Assembly: GCA_003693705.1 (NCBI GenBank)
Contig: RBZT01000563.1
Coordinates: 152,055-216,054, forward strand
Reading direction: 5' to 3'
DNA: 64,000 bases
Source of the DNA: Polymyxa betae A26-41
Lineage: Eukaryota; Protista; Endomyxa: Phytomyxea
Shown here piece after piece: positions 53,602-64,000 of the stretch. The notes under the pieces were generated by a model. That model worked only from the letters and a program-made list of their open reading frames with translations, did no database searches and was not told the DNA's origin. A program made the position numbers and the translations under genes. The stretch's first letter is position 1, and each line of letters begins with the position of its first letter.

Positions 53602-55305
53602 ATGGCGTCCGAGATCACGACGCTGGCGCAGACATGGGGCCTAGACCCGGATTCCGACGACTTCGCCGACCGCCTGGATCAGGCGGATTCGCTCCAGCGC
53701 TTCCGTTCGGAATTCGCCGTCCAATTGCAGCCCGACCAGACCTCGATCGTCTACCTTTGCGGTTGGCGGAAGCGTGATGGATCCTCGACCCGATTCTGAT
53801 AGTTTATCTAAGGGAATTCCTTGGGGTTGATGCCGCATCGCTCTCGAGCCAATATCGAGCATATTCTTGACGTCTGGTTCGTGGTTGACACCCGACTTCG
53901 CCGATATTAAGCTTGTCAGGTCAAAGCGTGCCGTTTTGGGGCATTTCGAACATAACGCATGGGCAGACCTCCACGATCGCGCTGTCGATCTAACCACGAG
54001 CCTGGTCGGTGGCAAATCCAGCGAAATTGTCATCATGAATGGGTCGGAATTAAATTCCTAAAACCTCCAAATCCTAACCCACATTCAGGCTATCGGTCAA
54101 CCTGCATCTCCTCATGATCGCTTTCTTCAGGCCGACCTCGACCCGCTACAAAGTCATCGTCGAGGATGGCCTGTTCTGCTCCGACGCCCATGTCGTCATC
54201 TCTCAGCTTCGTCTACACGGTCTAGACCCGGACCAAGCTCTGATCCGAATCGGTCCTCGTCCTGGTGAGCGCTGCCTCCACACGGAAGACATCCTCGAGC
54301 GAATTCGCGCCGAGGGGCCCAGTACGGCCCTGGTCCTGTTTGCCGGCGTCCAGTACTACACCGGACAGCTGTTCGACATGGAAGCCATCTGCCGTATTGG
54401 CCACGAGGTCGGTGCTCTGGTGGGCTTCGATTTGGCGCACGCCACCGGCAATGTCGTCCTGGCCTTGCACGACTGGGGCGTGGATTTCGCGGTATGCGCG
54501 CGCCATCCAACGGCGACCCTGCGTTCGTGCTGACATCCCTGATGGCAAGGTCTGGTGCAACTACAAGTACCTGAATTCGGGGCCCGGAGCCGTGGCAGGC
54601 GCCTTCGTGCACGAGAGGCATCACGGTCGCAGCGATCTGAAGCGTCTGGAGGGGTGGTGGGGTCAGACCCACGCCGATAGATTCCAGATGGATCTCTGGC
54701 ATCGACCGGCACCCGGCGCTGCCGCATTCCAAATATCGTATGTCCTGGTTATCGCCGACAACGGCATTTGATTAACCGGGCAGGAACCCGAACGTGCTGG
54801 CTCTGGCGGCTTATGAAGGAGCGTCGCAGGTATGAGGAAGGTTGTCTGCGGGGTATTTCTCAGGGATGTTTGATAGGTGTTTAAAGAGGCAACAATGGAG
54901 GCCATTGTCAAGAAACAGGTGAGGAGGAGCCCAGAAAATGCCTAAAACCTTACGAAATCCGTTCTTTCAGAGACTGATCACCGGATATCTCGAATGGCTG
55001 CTGCATCGGCATTTGAAGGCAAACGATTTCGAGCAGATTACGCCAACCGACCCGAAGCAGCGCGGTTCGCAACTGTCGTTGTTGTTCCATGAAAAGGTCT
55101 GGAAGGAGTGTGATTGCTGTATTCACGCCGGGCTCAATACGCTGTGCAGGCCCAAGCTTTGCATGACTGGCTGATTGATCATGGCGTTGTCTGCGATTTC
55201 CGTCGACCGGACGTGATTCGTTTGAGTCCGGCACCGTTGTACAACACGTTCAAGGATGTTCGAAGGGCGGTATCGATTTTGCAGGAGGCGCTGAAGGCTG
55301 TCTGA
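53602..55305 (+). CDS. KYNU: Kynureninase
   Basis: [107 protein letters not shown]. Confidence 0.96.
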
Positions 55306-56137
55306 GTTTGGGACATTCGACTTGTCACAGCGAGATGTACAAACTTTGTGGACGACGATGCCCATACTTCAATTAAAACATCTAGTCTTTGCATCGCTAA
55401 CAAGAATTTAGAGAATACGAACGAAGAACTTTTTTGCCTTTAATCATCGAAGGTTCGATTGCGATCGTTTCGAAATCATGATAACATTGTGCACCGAGAT
55501 TGACTGGGAGACAGCTACTGCCGACGACATTCATAACATGATTCCAGTCAGATGCACATTTATATTATGATCGAATCCATTGGAACTTCTAAAGCTGAAA
55601 ACTAGAAAACTGATGTCGTACAGGATGTTTTGTAGATTGTAACTTTTGTACTGTCACCGCTGAGCGCATTATATGGGCTTTCCCTCTAATATTACCCCGA
55701 CCTTTTTGAATTGACAATACCGCGGCGGACTACGGTCTATGTAACTCTCAGAATCACATCCAGATTTCATTTCGTTTTGTCCAAGCCATTTTCTTGGTAG
55801 ACTTTGGTTGTGACTCGTGTTTGTAAGGTACGCTTAGTTTGGATTAAGGTTTCCTCTGATATGATGTCAATCAATTACCTACATTTTCTGTATCTATTTC
55901 CATGAAGACCAAGTTTAATCTGATCGCTTCCCTATATTGTTACATTTTCTGTACTTGAGTTTCGACCGCAATCTAATAGTTCTCTAGGATACCTGTACGA
56001 CTAGTCTATCGCCTTTGGCAGATCACGTTAGTTGGGTTCAATAAAAATTGGTCTTGTCACATTCAACAAATCTGTGTCCCAAATCATGTTGTTATGTAGC
56101 TGCTCGTCAGCGTTCATCTTGCAACTGTTCCGTAGTC

Positions 56138-57234
56138 ATGGCTGAGCCATCATTGGCGACCATGCCTGATCGCTATCTCACATCCATTATTCAGCAATCC
56201 GAATCGCTTGGTCTTCAACATCAAGAACAGATTCGGCGAGACCAAGAGCGTCTCCAGGAAGCCGTCGCCGAATTCGAACGCCTGAAGGCAACCGAAACCA
56301 AACGCCTTCAAGAAAGCGTTCAGACGTTACACCAGGTGCCGCTGCTAAAGCGAAATTTGCTTGCCGATCGCTGATGGTGGTAGGAATTTCGAGATTCGCT
56401 TGCAAGGCTGCAGGATGAGTTCGTTGCCCAGGCTCGTGAAGCCAGCGACAAATTCAGAACCGAGGTGCGAAATCGCAAACGACATTATGAGAAGAAATTG
56501 GAGACGAGAGCTCGCGAGATGGCCCTTGAACTTCGTATGTCAGCGCCCGAATCAGATCAGAAAGCAGTAAAGTCGCCAACCGCTCAAAAACCATGGTTGA
56601 AATCGCCCCGAATTCGGAGGCGGCCACTCCCTGCCAATTTGAGTTCCGACGACGACCAGGATGGGCAGCGATCGTCGACGAACGACACCACGAAGGTGCC
56701 GAAGACTTACGGGCTGATTCTGGACTGGTTCGCGGAGTCACATTCGATCCCGAAACGCCCTGAATCGCCGCCGACTGAAGACAGCAGGGAAGTAAAAGCC
56801 GAAATGTTCGAAAAGAACGCGTCCAGCAAAGATCAAAGCAAACGCGATGGCGAAAACGTCAAGAATCAGGTCATGGATAGGAGGTCGAAGCCACCTGATC
56901 TCAATTTACAACCGATTATCGCCCGAAGGCAAGCACTAGCTGCCAAAACGCAACTGCCAGCGTTTCAATCACAGGAAATCTCGTTCGTGAAAAGCAGACT
57001 GCAATCGTTTGTCCAGAACCTGGACAGGTTCGTTGTTTAACAATGTTCGATGGTGGCTGATCTCGTTTCAGGTTTGATTCCGATGATGATGATGATGTGA
57101 TAGAGAGGGCACCTTCGAGCCGCTCATTATCAAATCCAGGCCGCGACAGACCTGGTTGTGAGAACGACGAGCCGAGAATCTCGGAAGGTTTCCGACAGCG
57201 AATCCTGGCCCAGACCAGGCTGAGGCAAACGTAA
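56138..57234 (+). CDS. Hypothetical protein with N-terminal coiled coil and low-complexity C-terminus
   Basis: Three exons join in frame through plausible introns (~56336-56383 and ~57028-57071); Q/E/R-rich heptads. Confidence 0.6.
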
Positions 57235-57558
57235 CGGCGCTTGCAGCAATGCGTCAATCTCATATCAACCTATCATGTTTTTCATTCCAATAGGAATGCC
57301 AATAAATCCTCTATTTTCGTGTAAACCACCCACCGCAGGCCTTTCAGCCATAGAACTCGACTCTTTTGCTCAGATGCCGTATTCACTCTTTCAGCTGAAA
57401 TTAAAATCTTCTGAAGGTCTCCCCACGTCGATTAATGCTGGCAACTAACTCCATTGGCGCCGCAATACAGTCACCAGCATATCAAGCGAAGTGAGCTGAA
57501 TATCAAATGGAAAAAGTAGAGAGAAAATCCCGCTGCCAAATCTGATCACATTTGAAAT

Positions 57559-57568
57559 GTAATGTTAC
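57559..57568. promoter_or_regulatory. Candidate promoter motif GTAATGTTAC
   Basis: About 264 bp upstream of the nucleotide-sugar transporter ATG. Confidence 0.35.
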
Positions 57569-57831
57569 GTTTCTTAAGGGAGGCGGCGCGGCCCTTTCAT
57601 CAAGCAATAAATTTAGGGCTCGATTGGAAGCCACGCAGACGATTTTCGTCTCCGTCTACCTGATGGCTTGGAAAACTGGAACGGCGCGGCCTTACTGCCT
57701 ACACGTTGTCATTGAGTGAGTGATCGTCTGGCAGAACTCTCATCGATGATTAGAGAGGTTGTCGCCTAAAACCACTCAGATTCATTGTTTGAGTCGACTT
57801 CATCATACTTCGGCCGACACGACGCCTGTCC

Positions 57832-59222
57832 ATGCCGTCGGGTTCCGAACCCGATAGGATGGATTCAGGGCGACGGGTGCTCAGGTCGGTATCAGCGGCC
57901 GCCTTCTACATGATCGTCTCGATAGCGCTGACGCTGCTAAACAAAGCCTTGTTCGCTACATTTGGCTTTGATGGGGCGAGGTTGATCGGCAACGGAATGT
58001 TCTCTTGAACACATATTGATAATTTCCCAGAATTCTTGGCCTTGGTCAGTTTATTGCTGCTCTTTTATATCTGCGATTATTTCATCACTGTGGTCTTATC
58101 AAATTACCTCCACTGAATGTTCATACAATTCAAAAAATCTGGCCTTTGTCGGCTTCTTATCTGCTGATGGTTGTATGCGGATTTGGGGCTATGCTGGGTG
58201 AGATATAGCTGCCGCTTTTTCATAACGATTGCTAAAGACGGCATCTATAGGCACAAATCTTGTCATGTTTGGTACTCTTCGTCGTACTGGAATCGTCATT
58301 GTTTTGATGTTGGGTAAATAATGCCGATTATGAGCGGTCAGCTTGCTTTCTGACGATGGCTGTAGAGTATGTGTTGCTAAATATTCGTACTTCCGTGATG
58401 GTAATTGTATCGACCATTGTGATGGTAGTCGGGGTCCTTACAGCTGGGTTAGCTGATCTCGACTATGACCCTGTTGGCTATTTCTTTGCCTTTGTAGCAA
58501 AGTACCCCTGTTTCAGAATATTTGTATTGTTTTTGACACCAATTCTTGTAGTATCTCAACCGCAGCGTATATTGTGTTAATCAAATATTACAAAGATTCC
58601 TTGAAACTCGATGCGTTCGGAATGCTAATGTATAATGCTGTCCTCTCTACTCCGATCCTGTTCATGATCTCATGGATAAGTGGTGACTTCGAAGCAGTAA
58701 TGAATTTTGAAGGAGCTTCCAACATGTCGTTCTGGTGCGGCTAAAAATGGAAAACGTATTCGTCTCATATTAACTATCTTGAAAGGTTTGTGTTTTTGGC
58801 GTCGTGTTCCATGGGATTTGTGATCAACTGGTCCGTATTCTTGAACACAAGCATCAACAGCCCTCTAACCCAGACAGTAACTGGACAGGTAAGCTGCGAC
58901 CATATTAGCTGAACCATCAATGAACTTTTTTTCCAATTAGCTTAAGGATATTCTGGTGCTCGTGTTTGGAGTAATCATCTTCAATGACACTCACTTTTCA
59001 TTTTTAAACGCTCTGGGCGTTTGCATTGCAATGTTTGGTAAGCAAGAAAGTATTGGGGGGCTTCGATGTTCTGACATTTTGTTAGGTTCTGTGATTTACG
59101 CTGCGGTTAAATATTCAGAGATGCAGCCTCCCAAAGGTTATTCCAAAATCAACAATAACGATGAGATCGCTCTGGTTGTTAAAGACACACCTCAAACGAC
59201 ACAAGTCAATCCAAATTCTTGA
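57832..59222 (+). CDS. Nucleotide-sugar transporter (SLC35D-like, TPT/DMT family)
   Basis: FYMIVSIALTLLNKAL, NLVMFGTLRRT, DLDYDPVGY, FGMLMYN, NSPLTQTVTGQLKDI; about 7 introns. Confidence 0.88.
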
Positions 59223-59249
59223 GCAGCGTCGATCCACATTCTGATCTTA

Positions 59250-59283
59250 CAGAATGTGGCGCCTCTCAGAATGTGGCGCCTCT
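59250..59283. repeat. 17-bp x2 perfect tandem repeat between convergent genes
   Basis: cagaatgtggcgcctct occurs twice. Confidence 0.9.
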
Positions 59284-59336
59284 CCAGAAACAGAATGTTT
59301 AATAAATAATATTACCAGTAGTTGTTTACTCTCTGA

Positions 59337-62010
59337 TTACATATCAGCATCTGTGTTCCTTTCACCTGGTGAAAGTACAACAGATTCTATCAACGCTTGC
59401 TGCATTTTTTTTCTTTTCGAAATCGAAACTTTCTTGGAGAAGACGATATCACTCACGTTCATTGCTAGAGCTTGGGTGCTCTCGGATAGTTCTCCAGCAG
59501 GCATATCGTCTTCATTGGGCGCTTGCGTATGACTACCCAGAAACAGTCAATTTCGTCAAAACCAGCAGATATTTAAAAGAATTACCACGCATGATGAGGA
59601 GGGTGTAAACGATGTTCAGCTTGATCAGCAAGGTTGATCAGCAATGAAGCACCTGTCCGATCAGGGCGCCATTTCGGATGCGTCATGGCGAACGATACAA
59701 GCGACTTCTCCATTTTTTCTCGAAGCGCACCTGTAAAGATTTATAAATCAGTCTGATCAACAACCGAAAGAATTTATACTGTTTCCATTGTGGCGGAAGA
59801 AACTGAAGTCGTAGGCAGAGAACGCACAGACATCACCAACACCTTCTAGCCTGACTGTATTCTGTCGAATGAATTCCGTCATCTTTTCGGTCGCCCTGGG
59901 AAGAGTGATACCAAGCACCAGTGGCGTGACCAGAACGCAGAGCACCTCCTGTTGAATACCAGATGTCAAAACAGATGGCGAGAGAAAGAGCATTAAAGCA
60001 TTTACCTGAAAGAAAAGAACGAGCTTGAAGGGATACAGCCGCGAGAACTGAGATCGAACCAGACTGGACTGAGGTCGTTCTTTCCACAGCCGGGGCTATG
60101 CATACGCGCGCTTTTAAAGCATGAAGCAAAGCGGAACTGATTCACAAACCTGATGATGGGTATGACGGAAAATGTTCGTCATAAGCAGATTGAAATCCTG
60201 ACTAGCCTTTGGGCGAGATGACATTGAACGGCATACAGCCAGGATGGCGGTGCATGTAAGAAGATAATATCTGATAAAGGATCTCACTAAACAGAATACA
60301 TGTTTCAGTTATACTAACAGTAACGAGTGATCGAGAAATTGGATTTCCATGAGAATCGCCGAATCGCTTGCAGTGATCAGCAGCAGAACAGCAATTATAG
60401 CTCCAGCAACATATGCGAGAAATTGCGTTAGAATGAGTGGAGATGGAACCGGAAACTGGTTAATATAAGCCAGCGCATCTGAAAGCAAAATCAGGTTGAA
60501 TTGACGATAATGGGGCAAAACAGAAAGAGGGTTACCGTTATGAGATTCATCCAATCGATTCCTGAAAATGTGAGGAACTTCGTTGAATTCTCGAAATGTC
60601 CATTCAGCCAGCAGAGACCATTGTCTCGGACCTAAATAAGACCTTCCCGTTCAAGTAAGTGAAGTGCCACCTAAAAAAGGAATCGCATCATACTTTCGGC
60701 TATGAAGTTCTTCGGCGTTTTGCAGAAAGAAGAAGATAGCCATGAAAACAAGGATGAATGGCATCAGAACGAAATTCGCGATCGCCATCTGCACAATGCT
60801 CTTTAAAACGGCATTCGAATCTTTCTAATAAAACTGACCTGAATAAACAGTTTGCGAAGCATTTCCGGTTCTCGGAAGAACGTATCCTTAATCGTGAATA
60901 GTTCATCGTTAAACATCGATTCCAGAACGCAGAACCTAATATTCCATTCGAGCGATTTCCCGAGAATTGGAGATACGTGCATTTCTGATGACAGAAACGG
61001 CACTTTGAGATCGAGAACGCCTCCGTTAACCATTGCTAAAATCAACGATTAAAACGTCGCTTTGCCAAAGAAACGTCACAATACCAATGAAGTAATTATC
61101 TTTCCGCAAGATTCGGTTGGATATGTCTAACAATCAGTGGTCAGAGCGATGTCTCGCGCAACTGACAAAGGAGTCCTTACCAAGGGCGTCGTGATCTTTA
61201 ACGATGGAGATCTTGAAGCTCATTTGCAATTGCTGGATTCGATCCACGACCTCGGACCATTCCATGGTCTGTAAATCTTCCTGTACAGCGGTCAATGAGA
61301 AACAGCAAAATGTGGTGAATATATGAATGAATACTTCGGAAATGCCCAGTTTCTGACGATAGAATGAACGCATCTCGAGCCCATCACGGAGACAATGTAA
61401 GAAACTGATCAAGTTCCAGATCCAGTACAGGGTGAAGACGACGAAATAGATGCCAACCATTACTGTCAGCAGCGAATTCCTGAACAGAAACGATTTAGTT
61501 GAAGATGGTGGAAGAGGAACATCACTGAAGTACCGAGAGAGTTGGTTGGGTCGGAGAATATTGATACTTGCACAAGCACGAGCTGTGTGACAGTTGAGTA
61601 ATTCGTTCCAGTTAACGAAAAGCAACAGGAAAGTGGAGAATACAACAGTGAAGGCCAGAGTTAGCAGGCTGGTTATACGAGTGATCACCATCCTCCAGAA
61701 CCCGCGCTCTTCGAAATATTCGTATATGTAAGCAGACAGATTATTACATAGGGAAGAGCACAGATAGGGAAATCTTTTAGAAAGGATGTGTTATGGCGAA
61801 AATACGTTTGCAAAATCAACGCGAGTTGAAGCATTTAGCTGAAACAACTCCAAACAGGAAAAAACCAAAAAGCGAGGAACTTTAAGCGGCTCTTATCTTT
61901 TGGAAAAAGTTATCGAGATTCTTGACGGCGGCCCATTCCCGGGCGCGTGACGACCGAGGTGCGGTCATCTCCAGAAGCGGGATCAGACGCTCGTCGTCCG
62001 TGCCCAGCAT
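59337..62010 (-). CDS. ATG9: Autophagy protein ATG9
   Basis: KNLDNFFQK|IYEYFEERGF, NRILRKDNYFIAMVN, LEWNIRFC, GPRQWS..WTFREFNEVPHIF, GVGDVCAFSAYDF, KMEKSLVSF..HPKW. First intron has AT-AC ends. Confidence 0.94.
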
Positions 62011-63213
62011 GTTGGTGGGAATCGATCGAAAGTAGTCGTGGTCGTCGTTCCCTGTATCAGGGCCGATAACAATCAAGCTGCGGACGAATTTCGGAGAATA
62101 GTCTCCAATTACATAGACAGGACCAGAAATAAAGCGTCACGCTGTTCACTGAACAGATGAGGTTACATAAAGCGCTCTATAACTGTTATGACCGGACATT
62201 GTGCGCACAACAATGTGCGCACGAAACTGTCCCTACCAAATGTGCGGTTTTATGGGGGCAGCAAAAATCAATGACTTTTTTGGACCCTAATTAATCTGGA
62301 AGTGGCGCCAAATAAGCGCGCGTCAAGAAGGCTCCACCATCATGAGTCGCAAATGAAGTCGTTTCACTCTTGGAGTCAAACTGGATATTGTCAACGAATG
62401 GTTTTTGCCCAGGTCCTCTTCCTGCAGAGGGTTTCTTCCTGCCTTCTAATGCTTTCTTCGTGCCTTACAATTCTTTCCTTGTATTCGTGAGTTCTTGGGT
62501 AAGTTCTTAAAATCAGCGTTCGTTTGGTCTCGGTTTTGCTAATATACGAACTTTATCGTTGTTCTTGTCATACCAATGTTTTGCCCTCGTATTGTTCTTT
62601 TGTTATGTATGTACGTGGCATTTGATGGTTCCCATGCAATTCAAAGCGTCTTTCTGATAAATGCCTCCTCATTTTATGGGCTTCCAAAGACTCGGGTTTG
62701 GTTTCGGGTTCATGAAGATGGTTAGAATTGCTTTTTTGAGAGCGCGAAATCGAAAGTTCGGAAGATGAACTACTCGAACTCATGGACAGGTTGGCTTTCG
62801 ATAATCTGTATCCAACCATTTCCTCCGAATGATTATTACCCACAACGTCGTCATTTTTCGACAAGTTTTTGGCTTTGACAACGTCGCTTCAGTGAGAGCA
62901 TCATCTGACAACAGCATATTATGATAACTGACAGAATCTTGTGGCAATATGAATACTCTATCTCTGTTGTACAGACCAATGAATCTATTGTATACACTTC
63001 TGGACCACGGATCAGCTTGTAACATTATTGATTAGCTACGCACTGGGCATTCGAATACCGGTACGTACTGTAGAATGAACATTCCGTTGCGGACATTTTT
63101 AACTTTGAAAAATGAGTGACAACATTCCTCAAAAGTGCGCACGCAAAAATAAAACCAGCAAAAATTTTCCGAAATTAGAATTGGTTTTTTTATTCAAGAC
63201 AGCACTGTAGACT

Positions 63214-63263
63214 CTCTTATAATTAATAGGGTCGGGAGACCCTATTCGTATCAATTATAAGAG
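63214..63263. repeat. Long hairpin/inverted repeat (possible pogo/Tigger-type transposon end)
   Basis: CTCTTATAATT-AATAGGGTC [GGGA] GACCCTATT-(CGTATC)-AATTATAAGAG. Confidence 0.7.
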
Positions 63264-63492
63264 CGTTATAGCTTAATATTGCGTGCGAAAAAAAAGATTG
63301 CGCAGTAACGCATATATAATTGCACCACAGCGCACTTTGTCTCTCGACGCTCTTTTTGAAATGATTTGTTCAGTGTATGTGGCTTATCCGATGCCTGGAT
63401 TTGGGGCCACTGGTAGTAATCGCCATGAGATCCATGAATCAACACTCATCAACAACTTGGATTCCACAAAACGTTCCAGACGTTCATGCCAG

Positions 63493-63608
63493 CCTCTGCC
63501 TGCCCTTTCAGTTCAATTGACGTGCTATATCTCAATTTAATTGCTATTTTCCTCTGCCTGCCCTTTCAGTTCAATTGACGTGCTATATCTCAATTTAATT
63601 GCTATTTT
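63493..63608. repeat. Perfect 58-bp tandem duplication
   Basis: cctctgcctgccctttcagttcaattgacgtgctatatctcaatttaattgctatttt occurs twice. Confidence 0.95.
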
Positions 63609-64000
63609 CTCTGATAAATGAATATCTACTTTGTGACCAAACCTCGTAATGCCCATGTACGCTGCTGTTGCCATCGTAACACATCGTAATCATTTTTGAT
63701 TCTGTATTACGAACTAGATCGAGGACCAATGAAACAATCAATGCCTTACCAGTCTGCCATCAAATCTTAGACGACGCTCCACTAGATAATTTGCGGATAT
63801 CTCACCCTTCCCACTATGGGTCCCCGACCTGACGACCCAGTCTATTGGCGACCTTGCTGAAATATGCGTAAACACAAGTAAAAACAAGTGCGTTTCCAAA
63901 ATTTGTTGCGATCTGAGTTTAGTTTGCGGAAGGTTTGCGGTTTGCTGTTAGGTTCCTATCTCTTTGTCTGGCAGTGACCGTGGACCATGTCCAGAACTGT

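Overview
Compact, intron-rich eukaryotic DNA with mostly 45-55 nt GT-AG introns and very short intergenic gaps. The gene content points to a flagellated, chitin-using protist, possibly a phytomyxid/plasmodiophorid; that taxon call is inference only. About 22 protein genes were reconstructed by hand. Left half: a secreted CE4 chitin-deacetylase-like protein running off the left edge, Afi1/MesA-like DENN protein, NAPE-PLD, V-ATPase subunit d, secreted pepsin-family protease, TAPT1/Emp65, PSMD5, OFA-family MFS transporter, LAT amino-acid permease, COX6B, calcineurin A, and two tandem ENA-type P-type ATPases plus a third pseudogene copy. Right half: an 80-aa YY1-REPO-like zinc-finger microprotein, SAXO-like microtubule protein, HPPK-DHPS, aspartate aminotransferase, a ~2,000-aa ARM-repeat protein, kynureninase, a coiled-coil unknown, an SLC35D-like nucleotide-sugar transporter and ATG9. 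Three gene-poor blocks (about 12.4-16.5, 37.8-43.8 and 62.1-64 kb) hold decayed sequence and probable transposon ends. Best leads: (1) a minimal YY1-like REPO/2W-hairpin plus single C2H2 protein; (2) an AT-AC intron with a U2-like donor in ATG9; (3) a CE4 protein that appears catalytically dead; (4) calcineurin A head-to-head with the ENA pump array; (5) telomere-type CCCTAAA repeats inside several introns; (6) a recurrent GTAAYRTTAC motif about 80-260 bp upstream of starts; (7) an EVH1-like insert in Afi1; (8) two convergent genes whose stop codons interlock. All family calls come from motif recognition, with no database search.
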